A DNA stretch of 64,000 bases from contig NC_087447.1 of NCBI RefSeq assembly GCF_036321535.1, forward strand, positions 38,876,001 through 38,940,000, given 5' to 3'. Of this stretch, positions 12,411 through 25,361 are shown in pieces. Position numbers and translations under genes: made by a program. The notes under the pieces were generated by a model, which had not been told where the DNA came from, did not search any database, and worked only from the letters and a program-made list of their open reading frames with translations. The stretch's first letter is position 1. Every line of letters starts with the position of its first letter. The stretch is from Camelus dromedarius (lineage: Eukaryota).

Positions 12411-13662
12411 AAGTCCAAAAGTCTGGGCCTTTTTTTGTGGGGGGGAGGGCAGGTTAAATACAACTTAAATGGAATCATTCTGGAATATTATTGCTCATTC
12501 TACAGAACTATGTGTTTTATCAAGAATTTGCTCATTCCTTTTCTCAGTCAGCAGATCAACAAGTAGGGTTTAGTTCATGCCTAACACTGTGTAGGTGCCG
12601 AGTACACATGGTTAAGGAAAGGAAGCATGGTCTCCGCCCTCCTGAAGCTCATGGCTTCTCAAATAAGAGAAAGGTGATGAAGAAAAGTTGATAGATATCT
12701 TGGCAAATCACTACCTGAACATGGATTTACTTAAAACTGAGCAAGCCAGACTCTTGGAAATTTACTTTTGGCATATGCTACAGCTGCATGAGTCCCAAAC
12801 GTGTAATTAAATAAGACAGCACCGTCGTATGCACTGAACTTCAAGTCAGGCATGGAAGATAATAAAAGACAAGTTTAAGACACAATAAATGTCTTCTTAA
12901 GTTTCTTTTTAGTCTCATGTGCTGTGTTAATAGCTTTCATTATTGAGACTTAATGACATCTACAGTCCTAAAGAAAAGAGGGACTGGTGGGGCTGTACTC
13001 GGGGTTTTTGCAGAGCTTTCAGGCAGTAAGATTTAGAATCTTTACCTAAAAGCTTAAATATTCAGAGAACACGAACATCAACTTACCGACTCAGGCTGCT
13101 ACAGATTTTCAACAGCCTTTCTCACCCTGATCTCAGATGGCCATGAAATTTTTTTGAATATGTGCATCTTTTAATACGTATTTCAAAAGTTTTAATCATT
13201 CCAACCAGAGTGTGGGCAAAGGTGGGGGTGGTGTGAGGGAAGACTCGCTGTGCAGAAACTTGAGATTAGAAGCTATTCAAACGAAAATTGTCTCTATTTC
13301 CTCTGAACTCTGTACAACACAGCTCAGAGGAAAGGTGCATCACAGTGTCCAGCACATTGTGGGTTCACAAAAACATACTATTGAATAAATTAACATTTTC
13401 CAACCTGTATTCAGGAGATACTGCAGGCAGAGCCACACCCATCCAGGTTGTTAAATGGAATTGAAGACAATATGCTGTTTCCACTAAACTTAATTACACT
13501 TGCTTTGGTTTGGCTCATCTGATTGTAAATGTAACCCAGGTGGCCTCAAATTCACTAACCTTCTGGATTCACTTTTCTTTCTTCCTTTAAAAAAAAAAAA
13601 GTGCAAGCACACACGTGAGAAATAAAACCCATGTGCAGAAGAGTAAGCAAAATAAAGGTACA

Positions 13663-14360
13663 CAGTAGTACCTCCATATCCTCAGTTTTGCTTTTCACGG
13701 TTTCAGTTACTTCCAGTCAACCATGGTCTGAAAATATTAAATGGAAATTTCCAGAAATAAACAATTCATAAGTTTTAAATTGTGCAAAGTTCTGAGTCAC
13801 GTGATGAAGTCCCTTGCTGTCCAGCTCCATCTCGCCAGAACCTCAACCATGGACACTGTCTGTCCCTGACATCCATCTCTGGCCACAGCATCATAAGGGC
13901 GCCATGATCCTGGATCACCGAAGGCAAACATCTCCTTCTGATGTCAGGTCAGTGGGAACCTACCGCTGCCTCACAGAGCCTGCGTTATTCCCCTCACGCC
14001 ATCTCAGCACACAGACATTTTATCATCCACATCATCAACTCACATACTAGTGAGTACAGTTCAACAGGATGTTTTGAGAAAGAGGGTCTGAGACCACATT
14101 CACATGACTTTTATACAGTACATTGTTATAATTGTTTTACTTTGTTAGTTTTTGCTAATCCCTTACTGTACCAAATTTGTAAATTGAACTTTATCATAGG
14201 TATATGTGTATAGAAAAAAACGTAGTGTATATAGGGTTTGGTACTATCTGCCATCTCGGGCATCCACTGGGGACGCAACGACATAAACTTGGAGACAAAG
14301 GGCATACTGAAAGACAATTGTGGTGAAGTTGTGTCCCCCAGAGACAAGGGGGAACTACTG
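13663..14360. mobile_element. Tigger7/MER44-like DNA transposon
   Basis: Terminal inverted repeats cagtagt...actactg followed by TA. Contains ggtctgaaaatattaaatggaaatttccagaaataaacaattcataagttttaaattg. Confidence 0.85.
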
Positions 14361-14362
14361 TA

Positions 14363-17200
14363 TGACCACATGATTGGTCACAAAGTAACCAGCATCCAAG
14401 TGAAGTCATAGACCACTGCCCAAATCTAGGGAACCCCCTCATGCCCCTTCCCAATTGTATCCCTTCCCTTCCTCCACAGGTAACTATTATCCTGACTTTC
14501 ATGCTAATCATTTTCTTGAATTTCTTTTTAGTTTAATCATCTGCACATATATCCCCAGATAGTAAAATACAGCTACGCCTGTTTCCTTTTTAACTCTTAA
14601 TGAATGGATTCATCCAATATGTATTCTTCTCTGTCTAGCTTCATCTTATTATTATGTTTCTGAGATACGCATTGTTGTGTATAGCTACAATTTTCTCATT
14701 TAAATAATTGTATAGTATGTATTTTATTGTATGATTCTACTACCACAATTTATTATTAATTTAAGAGATGTATCCAGTTTGGGGTTATGACAAATAATGC
14801 TGTTATGTATCTTACTTACACATGCCTCATGGTACACATGTACATGTATTTCTGTTGGATCTTGTATTGTTATGGGTTGAATTTGTTCCCTAAGAAGATA
14901 TGTTGAAAGCCTAACCCCTGACTCCTGCAAATATGATCTTATTTGTATATAAGGTCTTTGCAGATAGTTAGTTAAAATGAGATCTTAATGAATTAGGGTG
15001 GGCCCTGGATCCAGTATAACAGGTGTTGTTAATAAGAGGGTAAGTTGGACACAGAGGGAAGATGCCCTGTCAAAGTGGAGGCAGAAATTGGAGTCCTTCT
15101 GCCATGAGCCAAGGAATGCCTATGGCTACCAGACCCCAGAAGAGGCAAGGAAGGACCCTCCCCTAAAGGTTCCAGAGGGAGCATGACCCAGCCAACACCT
15201 TGATTTTAGACATCGAGCCTCCAGAACTGTGAGAGAATAGATTTCTGTTGTTTAAAGTCACTTCGTTTGTGGAACTCAGTTGCGGCTATCCTAAGAAAGG
15301 AATAAAGGGGTATACCTAGGAGTGAAACTGCTGGTTCATTAGGTATGCACAGCTTTGGGTTTAATAGATAATACTAAGCAGTTTTTCAAAATGGTTATAT
15401 CAATTTCTACTCCCACACAGAGATAATAAAAGACAATAAAAATTGTTCCCCATCTTTGGCAAATTTGATATTATCCACCTTTCAAATTTTAGCCATTGTG
15501 ATGCATAGTTAATGACATCCAATTGTGGCTTTATTTTGCATTTTCCTGATTACTACTGAGATTATGCACCTTTTCATATATTTTTTGGTCAAGAGCAGAT
15601 AGGCTGTTGTGAGGTGCCTCTTCAACCTTCTTGCTCATTTTTCTATTGGTTCATTTGTCTTTTTCTTATTGATGATAGATATATAATATATATAATAAAA
15701 ATATACAACCTATAATATTATATATGTAAATATAAATATATATATAATATTAATATAATCTACTACATTATCATATTTCTGTATCTATTACATAAAACAC
15801 ATATAATGAATAAGGGGCTCATATTCAGAATATACATAGCTTTCTTTTGATAAATATATGTACAATATATCTTTTTTCAGTCCTTCCCCTTTTTTCTGTG
15901 TCCTTATGTTTTACATACAACTCACCTAAAGCATGGAATGAGTTTTTAATCAGGTCTGGTAATCTTTGTATTTAGTCCATTTGTTTTTATTATAATTACC
16001 TATATTGGGGGGTTTAACTTACCATTTTACTGTTTGTTTTTCTTTGTCCCATATATTCTTTCTTTTTTCTCTTGAAATTTTTCTAATTGTTCAATTTTTC
16101 TTTTCTATTAGTTCTTAGTCCACGACCTTCAAATATATTTCAAATATATGCTGTGCATTTGAATTTAATATATCTTTGTTCTATTGCTGATTTTAAGATT
16201 ATTCCCTTGTGTTTCATTTTCAGCATCTTTACTAGGATGTGTTTAGTGTTCTTGGAATTCTTTTTATTGATCCTGCAAGACATTTGTAGGGAATCTTAAA
16301 AACACTGGATTTATATCTCTCATCAATTTTCAAAGTTATCAGCCACTGTCTCTTCAAATATTGCTTCTTTCTCATTCTTTATCTCTCTCTCCCTCTCCCT
16401 CCTTCCTTCTCCCTCTGCCTCCTGGCATGTCAATAATACAAATATTAGAACAATATAAGATATTCCTATACCCTTGTGTCTCTCATATTCTACTCTGTGT
16501 TTTTCCTCCTTCTGTTTCTCTGTATTTCAGTCTAAATGCTTTCTTTCAATCTATCTTCTAATGTATTAACTCGCTCATTAGCTCTTAAATCCATTCATTG
16601 AATCCTTCATTTTGACTTTGATATCTAGGATATTCATTTGGTTCTTTTTTAAAACATAGCTTTTAGTTCTCTTGCTAAAATTCTAGACATTGTATTTTAT
16701 TCCCTTGAGTAAGTAATCACCATTATTTTAAAATCTAGATCTGATCATTCTAATATATGAAGCCCTATTGGTTCTGCCTCTGAGGGATTTCATTCTTACT
16801 GTTTTGTCTCCTTATGGTCCTAGCCAGTTTTTATCCAGTCCAGGATGCTGTCTTTACAAATTGCTTGTGAAAATAATTTGTGACATACATGATCATGTCT
16901 TCTTTCAGAGAGAATTGACATTTAATGCTGCCAGGTGCTTGGCTCTGTGGGTTCACCTTCATTTTCAAGAATTGGGTTAGCACAACAGAGTTATAGACCC
17001 TGTAGATAGGTTTGCAAACTTTTAATGCTTACTCCTGGAGTACAAAATTTGGGGACCTAAGCCTATAACAAGTAGGGCTCACTAAGTTTCCCCCATGCCC
17101 AGCAAGTGAGTTGCTTATGAAGATTTTGTTACTCAGCTTCAAACCCACCCTTCTCCTCTACTCCTCTCTGGATGCTAGCGCTGAAATTCTGCAAGCCACA
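14363..17200 (-). mobile_element. Old L1 (L1ME-like) fragments interrupted by an MLT1 LTR and AT-rich low-complexity DNA
   Basis: ggtaactattatcctgacttt, tatacctaggagtgaaactgctgg, ttttagccattgtgatg and ttatcagccactgtctcttcaaatattgcttct are typical antisense L1M sequence. Confidence 0.7.
14868..15305 (+). mobile_element. MLT1B/C solo LTR
   Basis: tgttatgggttgaatttgttccc...gtctttgcagat...gccaacaccttgattttagac...cctccagaactgtgagagaatagatttctgttgtttaa. Confidence 0.88.
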
Positions 17201-17411
17201 TTGCAAATTGAATAAAACAGTTATTCTATAATTTTCAACCTTTATTACTTTCGTCTGTTAAAATCTGGCATAACTGCTGTGCTAGTAAATGGTTGTGGGT
17301 GTATATATTTCATATCTGTACTTGACAAAATAAAAACTGGCAACCTTATGTTTGTCCTTGTTGATGTTTTAAAAATTTTATTGGGCTATGAAACTAAAAG
17401 TCTTGGATCAA

Positions 17412-17497
17412 AAATGTAGTCGACATCATGGGTCTGGATTTCTGTTGGGTATTTGGCAAGCTCTTTATGATGTGCTAGTGGCCAAAATGGAGACAGG
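17412..17497 (+). mobile_element. CR1/L3 reverse transcriptase remnant
   Basis: Translates NVVDIMGLDFCWVFGKL/..DVLVAKME, resembling CR1 RT NAVDIVYLDFSKAFDKVSHDILVDKME. Confidence 0.55.
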
Positions 17498-17744
17498 AAT
17501 TAGAAGCAGAGCCTGAGGAGGCAGGGTGACCTGATGGCAATGTTTTATAACATGTCACCCGGACAACTAAACCTCACACATTATGACACTCGCTATGACA
17601 CTCCAAGTCCCTCTTCCTGTGGTTCCCAATCTCTCTCCTCCACCTCATCCCATCCTCCTCCTGACCCTTGGCTTCATTTCCCATTTACAGTCTTGCACCT
17701 GCTCTTTCCTTGGTATTTGCATTTGAAAATGTGAACATAAATGT

Positions 17745-18420
17745 GCTAAGCATTCAAATTCAAAGATTAAAACAAAGCAAAATAACCTAAAAAAAAATAG
17801 GAGGGGATTAATAAAGATAAAATGCTAAAAATAGTGAATCGCAAACAAATTGCCAGCCACAAAAAAAAAAAAAAAAAAGGCAGATAAGCCCAATACTGTA
17901 TAAAGTTTGACTAAGAAAAAATGCAGGACAAATATACATATTTGGAAAGAGAAAGAAGATAAAACTATAGTTGTGAAAAATAGTAAAAATAATTATAAAA
18001 TGTCATGTAAAGTGTTGTCAATACATGTTCAAATCTAGATGAAATGGATGATTTGCCAGCACAATATAAATTACCAAAATTAATTCAAGAAAAGTAGGCT
18101 ATCTGAACACACAAGCAACCACACAATACACTAGCAAGGTTTTTCACAGATCCATCACATTAAAAAGTAAAAATAAAAAAGAACAGAAGACCCTGGTGGT
18201 TTTACAGGTAAGATCTAACTAAACTAACCATCAAGGAATATATAATTCTATCTAAATTATTCAAAATGTTCCATAATACATAAGTGGATGGTTTCCCAAA
18301 TCATTTTCTAAATCCAGTATAAGCTTAATAAAAAACCTAATAACATCCAAAAGAAAATAAGCCAGTCTTACTTATGACTATCTGTGCAAAGATTTTAAAG
18401 AAAATATTTAGCAGATATAC
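17745..18420 (+). mobile_element. Old L1 ORF2 fragment
   Basis: aaatctagatgaaatggatgatt...caatataaattaccaaaattaattcaagaa...gaccctggtggttttacaggt. Confidence 0.75.
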
Positions 18421-18429
18421 CTACTTGGA

Positions 18430-18932
18430 GTCTTGCCCCCACGCCTTCTAGACCGTGACCTGGGTGTATTGGACCCTGGAATTCTCTGCACAAATGTCCC
18501 TAAAACCATCTGCCTGTCCTGTACAGGCCTAACCATTCTCCTAAGGGTGAACTATGCTTTTAGAATGTCCATGCCCAGCCCAGAAGTGTGGCCAAGGATG
18601 GCTCTTTGCAGGAGGCCTAAATGATGCTTGAATACATGGGTTAGTGTGTGTACCAGTCAGGGACAGAAAGACAAGGGGGGCAGGCCATGGGTCAAGGACT
18701 AGCTTTCCCATACCACCACTTCTGGTACAGAACTTGGAGGGATACAGGAATTCTAAATTTAAACCTGGCCTTCCAGGTTATTGTGAAAATATAATTGTCA
18801 AGGTAGGAGAATAGGACATATTTGGCTTAACAATTTATTAACTTGATTTGTAACTTTTAAATATTTAGTCATATGATAAGTAAACCTTCATTGTACTCTT
18901 ACCACAAGCCCCACAAAGTTAAGAATGAAGCA
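18430..18932. mobile_element. hAT-Tip100 non-autonomous element (MER115-like)
   Basis: gtcaaggtaggagaataggacatattt...ttgatttgtaacttttaaatatttagtcatatg...cattgtactcttaccacaagccccacaaagttaag. Confidence 0.6.
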
Positions 18933-19843
18933 GTCCACCTCTTCTAGATTTGGCACAGGTGAAAACCAATAGCAGGCTAATAAATATAACATGAATAAAT
19001 ACAAGTGGATATATATATACTTGGCATGTATGTGCTTATATACCTGTGTGTATATATACATACATATATATATATGTGTGTATACATCTATTTACCTATT
19101 TATCTATAAAGAGAGAGAGGATGTATCTGTATACTTGTGTGTAAATATACACACAAACATTTACACAATGCACACACACACACACACACGCCAGCACAAA
19201 CACAGGAAAAGTTGGAACTTCCAGGTCCAGATCAGACAGAAAACTAAAAAGTGCTGCTGTCCGCCTTCCCCCTTTCTAAACTGGAAATGCCAGGAAAGAT
19301 AAAGGGAGAATAACCAAATGCAGAGCCAGTCCCAGAAGTCTCCTCCTTGGCAGATTGGAGGTAATGAAGTTTCATATAGGAAGGGAATGACATCCTGAAG
19401 TTAAGGGTGTCCAAATTCATGGGTGAATGTTGGGGGCCAATATAAAGCTGCTGCATGCCAACAGAGGCTTTTAAGTGCAACTCTACTCCACATTGCCCTG
19501 GGTAATCCCTGCAAAAAACAGACCCGGTCAGGTTCTGCCCCACCACCCCATTTACGCTGCCCCTCCTCCAACACTTGGGCACTCTCTGGCCAGATGGGCA
19601 CCCAGGAAGCCTGAGCTTTTTGCTAAGGGATTGTATCAAGACAACTCTGTGAGCACACTCATCAGGCTGACACTCTAATTGATGTCCACTGTCACTGTTC
19701 CAAGGGAAGAAAAGTAATGGAAGGAAGGGGACACAGTCCAGATAGTGCTTCAGCCCAAAAGAGCAGAAGAGCCTACTGGAGTGGGGACAGACCAGCTGGC
19801 TAGGCTTTGGGCATCCACTCAATAACCTGTCATGGAGACTGGC

Positions 19844-20230
19844 TGTACCAGTTAGCTTTTATATAGCAAATCATTCCAAACTCTCAGTGGCTTAAAACAA
19901 ACAATTATGTATTTTTGATGGACGGTCTGGAGGTTGACTACACATGGCTGACCATGTTTAAACTCCACCCCTTGTGTTGCACAACCTCCCCGAGCCAGCA
20001 GGCTAGTTCTGGCATGTTCTTCTCATAGGGATGATGAAACCTCCAGAAAGCAACTGGAAATATTCAAGGCCTTGTGTGCCTAGGCTTGAAACCAGCATGC
20101 CATCGCTTCCATCTCATTCTATTGCTTGAAGCAAGTCACATACTCAGCTTGAAAGTCAAAGGTAGGAAAATATATTCTACCTCCTTTGCAAAACAAATGG
20201 CAAAGCCACATGGAAAGACTGAAAAATAAT
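19844..20230 (-). mobile_element. MLT1 LTR (G/H-like)
   Basis: tgtaccagttagct...ccaaactctcagtggcttaaaacaa...tctcattctattgcttgaagcaagtcaca. Confidence 0.72.
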
Positions 20231-20234
20231 CTGC

Positions 20235-22300
20235 AATAAATTTCAAATGATTAAAATCTTATAGAGTACAGAATCTAGCCACAACAGATAATAAAACTGA
20301 ATAGCAATCAATAAAAATAAAATATCTAGAAAATTTCCCCAAATATTTGGGAATTAAATAACACACTTCTAAATAATCCAAGAGTCACAAATCACAAGAG
20401 AAATTGGGAAATGTTTCAAAAATGAAAGATAATGGGAGGGGAGGGTATAGCTCAAGTGGGAGAGCGCATGCTTAGCATGCCTGAGGTCCTGGGGTCAATC
20501 CCCAGTACCTCCTCCAACAACAGATAAAGAAGTAAACCTAATTACCTCCCCCCACCAAAAATAAATAAATAAAATTAAAAATCAAAAATGAAAGATAATA
20601 AAAACACAACATATTAAAATGTGTGGAATGCACCAAAAACAGTGCTTAGAATGAAATTTATAGCTTTAAAAATTAAAGCAGAAAAAAAAGGCTTAAAATT
20701 TAAAAATCAGAATTTTCACCTATTCTTGGGGAAGCTAGGAGAAAAAAAAGTAAACCCGAAGGAAGAGGAAGGAGAGAAATAATAAAGATAAAAGTAGAAA
20801 TAAATGAAATAGAAAACAGACAAACATTAGGAGAAATTAAAAAATCAAAAGTTGATTCTTTGAAATATTATTAAAATTGATAAGTCTCTGGCAAGAAAGA
20901 AAAGTAAAGAGAAAGAGAATTCAAATTGCTAATATAAAAAAATGAAAGTAGGGATATCAGTAGATATCCTACAGACATTCAAAGTATAGTAAGGAAATGT
21001 TATGAACACATTTATGTCAATAAATTTGAGAGCTTAGATGAAATGAACAAATTACTTGCAAACATAACATACTAAAACTGATTCAAAAAGAAACTTTAAA
21101 ATCTGAATAACCTTATACCCATTAAGGAAATAGAATTTGTGATTAAAAACCTCTGACTCAAGAAGAAATTAAAAACTCTAAATAGCCATATATCTATTAA
21201 GGAAATAAAATTTATAATTAAAAACCTTCTAACAAAGAAAATTCTAAGCCCAAAGTCTTCACCAGTGAATCCTATCAAATATTTAAGGTATGATATCAGT
21301 CTTACATAAAGTCTTCCAGAAAACAGAAGAGAACACAACTCCCCTCATTTTATGAGGACATCATTGCTCTGATAACAAAACCAACAAAAATACTGAAAGA
21401 AAATAAATTAATGATATAAACATAGACACAAAATCTTCAAGTAAATGTTGGCAAATTATATCCAGGAATATATAAAAAGGATAATACATTGTGACTAAGT
21501 TAAGTTTGTCCCAGGAATTCAAGGTTGAGTCAACATTTGACAATCAATTGATATAATCCACTACATGAATAAAATATATGGGAGAAATTATGGTGATTTC
21601 AAAAGATGCAGAAAAAATATTGAAAAAAATCCAGCACATATTGGTAGGATGTACATTTGGGGTAATGTGATGAGAGCAGCATGGTACCTCTATGATATTC
21701 CTCTCCAAAACCCCAAACCCTAGTCTAATCATAAGAAACACATCAGACACATCTCAGCTGAGCTACATTCCACAAACTATCTGATCAGCACTCCGCCAAA
21801 CTGTCAAAGTCATAAAAAAACAAAGCAAGTCCAGGAAACTTGTCACAGCCAAGAGAAGCTTCAGGAGTCATGACAACTTAACGTATAAGGTATCCTGGAT
21901 GGGATGCTGGAACAGTAAAAGGACACTAGGAAAAAATGAGGGAAATTTAAATAAAGCATGGACTTTAGTTGATAATAATGTGTCAATTTTGGTTTGTTAA
22001 TTGTGACAAATGCATGATATTAATACAAGATGTTAACAATAAGGAAAGCTGGATGTACGATATACACTCTTTGTATTGCCTGTGCAATTTTTCTATATAT
22101 CTGAAACTATTTTAAAATTTAAAAGCTTATTTAAAAAAAACTATACATGAATGTTCATACCAGCTTTATTCAAAACAGCAAAAACTGGAAACAACGCAAA
22201 GGTCCATCAACAAGTGAATGGATCAATTATGGCATATTGATATGATAGCATGTTATTCAACAATAAAAATGACTAAATTACTGACACACAAAACATAGAG
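20235..22300 (+). mobile_element. L1M ORF2 fragments with an L1MD-like 3' end at ~21650-22140
   Basis: ataacacacttctaaataatcc, gttgattctttgaa, ttagatgaaatgaacaaatt and tcaaaagatgcagaaaaa; the 3'UTR has ccctagtctaatcataagaaacacatcagaca...caagatgttaacaataaggaaa. Confidence 0.82.
20434..20581 (+). mobile_element. Camelid tRNA-Ala(AGC)-derived SINE (vic-1 type)
   Basis: ggggagggtatagctcaagtgggagagcgcatgcttagcatgcctgaggtcctggggtcaatccccagtacctcc...aaacctaattacctcccccc with an A-rich tail. Perfect TSD tcaaaaatgaaagataat at 20416-20433 and 20582-20599. Confidence 0.92.
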
Positions 22301-23526
22301 AAAAGAAAGCGTAGTTGAGAAGATATATAAGAAATTCACAGAAACTTCTCATAGGAGGGAACACATTGCATGCCAAGCAGGACCATAAACTCAGTTTCTA
22401 TTGTGCCCCTCTCCTGTACTAGGATGTCAACCCATGGGTCAGGGTACAAGACAGGAACACTCTCAGACACCGCCACCAGCAATGAACTTTGTCTCCTTCC
22501 TGAATTGCTTTCTCAATGCTTCAGCCCAGACACTTTTGGCTCCCCAGTGTGGAGGGGAAGCAAGCTTACTCTATAAGCATTTTTCCAAACTTATTGTTGA
22601 AGTCCAAACACAGTTCTAAGGCTCCCAAGCCAAAAAAAAGGGGGGGCTTATTTTGATTCTCTGCATTTCTGCTGCAACAACTCAGTGAGAGCTGGGACAC
22701 TGAGGTCTTGTTTGAGATAAGTTTGGAAATAAAAGACGGTGAGACTACAGGAGGAAAACATGTCAGTTATTTTTTTAAAAAAATATTAACCCACCTCCTA
22801 TGCTTCTTGCATAAATAAATGTTTCTTTTAACCAGAGTTAACAAAATAATTGTTCTGTTAGAGAGGGAGATGAATCTTCCTTAAGGCTCTCCATTCTATG
22901 AGCAGACAGTATGAGTGGGAAATCCCTAGTTAGCACTCTTTGGGTCCCTTTATGAAGTTGTCAGCACTTTTCATAAGCTGCATTTGCTCCTGCTTCTCCC
23001 ACGAAACGCTGCTTTGAAAACATTCTCAATGGGCAGCCTTGGGGTAATAGAAAGAGACAACAATGGCTGTTGTTAATCACTTCCTGTAAACCCCCTGCTG
23101 GCCCCCAATACGTCTGACTTCTTAGGCATCCTGAGCTCTAAACCCCTAAGGGGGAGGAGGGTGACCATATTTCAAATATTCCTCATTAAAAATATCGGAA
23201 TGATTCTAGAACCCAAACAATCCAACACCTGAAACTAATTTTCCTGACACAGTCATGGGCTTTAATGACAGCTTCATTAATTGAATGGAGTCACATGGAG
23301 GCAAAATCATGTTTTCCTTAATGACCTGCCAGGTGATGGATTTGTTTGGTTACTTCCTTTACTACGAACATTTTCAGAGGAAGGAAAAAAAAAAAGGACT
23401 AGTTTTGGATGTCGTATCACCGCAGAGCTTGACCAAGAGGCTGCTTGGGATCTCAGTGGTAAGCCAACTTGGAGATGATGAGGTGGGCTTGGCAGGATAG
23501 GGAAGCAGTAAGACGTCATTGTAGGA

Positions 23527-23696
23527 GACTTGCTACTCAAGGTGAGGCTCATGGACCAGTAGCATTAGCATCACCAGGAAGTTTACCAGAAATGCAGCAT
23601 CTCAGGCCTCATCCCAGATCTACTGAATAGGATCCTGCTTTTAACAGGATCCCTGGGCGATTCTTAGGCACATTAGGCACATTGATTGGAAGCACA
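23527..23696. mobile_element. MER5A (hAT-Charlie)
   Basis: tgctactcaaggtg...ggaccagtagcattagcatcacc...agaaatgcagcatctcaggcc...ttttaacaggatccctgggcgattc. Confidence 0.85.
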
Positions 23697-23699
23697 AGA

Positions 23700-24065
23700 T
23701 ATGGGAGTCCAAAGAACTTAAGTGAGGATTCCTGCTCAACTTAACTGCTGGCTATGAATAGGGCATATTATCTAGCCTAGCTCAGCCTGTTTTTCATCTG
23801 TAAAATAGTTATAATGGTATCTACCTCATGAAATTGTGAGGATTAAACAAAATAAGCAATTAGCATATTTCCAAGTATGCAATCTATGTTGAATAAATGG
23901 TAGGTAATAGTACTACTGTGGCTTCTCCTGTCTGTCCCATTTGGCAGAGAAAGTGTTTTTGGAATCAGAACTGAGTCCAAATCCAAGTTTTATAACCTGT
24001 GATCTTGGTCATGTTACCTCACCCCCTTCTTAGCCTCAAATTCTCTGCCTGTAAAATGGGTATAA
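23700..24065 (+). mobile_element. Two MIR fragments
   Basis: Core motifs ttttcatctgtaaaatag...tacctcatgaaattgtgaggattaaa and gcctcaaattctctgcctgtaaaatgggtataat. Confidence 0.75.
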
Positions 24066-24669
24066 TTTAAATGTCAGTTAGAGCCTCCCAAGTCTAAAGA
24101 TAGAGACCAATTACACAGCCTAAAGAAGTCATAAAACTCCAAGATTTCTACTACCAAAGAGTTTACCCTCTCTGACTCTCGTGTTACATCCTCAGATGCT
24201 GTCCTTATTCCTCTCTAAGTCTCTCCTGGTGCAAAGTTCAGACCTTTTAACGTTTCCACAAGAAATCTACTCATTTCAGATGTTTCATGAGCTGGGTAGA
24301 ATTTAGAAAAGAGACTGGAGAGTGGGTAACAAGGAATAATCATATTACATATGGCAGAGCTTTACGCCAACTCCCTGGCTCTTTCCTGTCTTCCTTCTTA
24401 CCTCCTCTCGTGACAGCCCCCCTCAGAGATAAGGAAACTCCTTCCCTTGTCATCCAGAAGAAAGCTTCACTTCAGCAGATGTCAGTGGAACAAACGTGAG
24501 CACAAGGTGAGAAGATGTGTGTTCCCATTCCAGGGCTGCTAGGATCCTTTACTCTCTCTGGGCCTCCACTTCCTCTTCTATGAACTAGGGCAAGAATTCC
24601 TCAGTCACAGGGGTGGCAGGAGAACTAAAGATCTCATATTTGAAAAGGCTTGCCTGATACATGGTGGGT

Positions 24670-25361
24670 TGCTGGTTATTAAGTCATTGTTTCTCGGCTC
24701 CAATTTTCCCCTCCTCCTCACTCTGCTTTCTGATACTGGGGCTGAGCCTGGGCAGATGACATGTTTCCTTTGCCAGGTGGCTCCCTGTCAGGCTCTGCCT
24801 ATCAGGGAGATAGGGAGCTTGAGGGTCGGAGGAGGGAATGCAGACTTTCTCCTTTGTTTGCTTCCCATTCCTATCAGCGTTGCCCCAGCAACATTTCTCA
24901 CCCTGCAGGGCTTCTGGTTCCAGCAGTGCGGGTAGTTCTGGTTTGCTGCCCTTCCACACTCTTAGAACCGACTGCTTTGTGCTGTTTCAGAAAGACAGCA
25001 CCAGCCACCAGCCTCTCCTCCTTGGGAGTCAGAATCCCAGCTCCCAGGAGCCTCTTCCCTGGGCTCTGTACTCAGAGCCTTAGTTCCATTTGAGCATGCC
25101 CCCTCCCTAGAGGGCTGAGTCCCAGCTCTGCAGCCCTTTTCTGCAAACTTCTAAGATTTAGTAATCCCAACCTCTTCCCTTTGTTCTCCCATCCTTAGGG
25201 GAGGCAGCTACCTCCCACAGCTACTGCCTTCACGAAACCTCAGTTTCCCCCTATTTCCTGTTCAGTTATCTTCTATCTGGGAAGCAGTTCTCTTTACATT
25301 AAATTCTCTCCACTGAAATAATGGCACGCTTTCTGGCTTCCACCAGGGTCTTGTCTGATAT
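24670..25361 (+). mobile_element. ERVL solo LTR, LTR41-like
   Basis: ggttattaagtcattgtttctcggctccaa...actctgctttctgatactggggctg...tttgccaggtggctccctgtcaggctctgcc; the 3' part has attaaattctctccactgaaataatgg. Confidence 0.68.

Noticed and set aside
19244..19822. Longest ORF in the track (192 aa), and similar ORFs at 46795-47334, 50045-50572 and 52256-52807
   Set aside because: No recognisable domains, no supporting exon structure, and often non-ATG starts; expected by chance in GC-richer patches.
20438..20515. tRNA-Ala(AGC)-like sequence (also 3187-3260)
   Set aside because: Followed by an A-rich tail and flanked by TSDs, with stem and B-box defects; these are SINEs, not tRNA genes.
23083..23104. 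Weak CTCF-like matches (here on the minus strand; also ~42871, ~44131 and ~52172)
   Set aside because: Each lacks key positions of the core, so none was called.
24785..24820. CTCF site expected in the LTR41-like element
   Set aside because: The copy reads ctctgcctatcagggagatagg and the core is degenerate.
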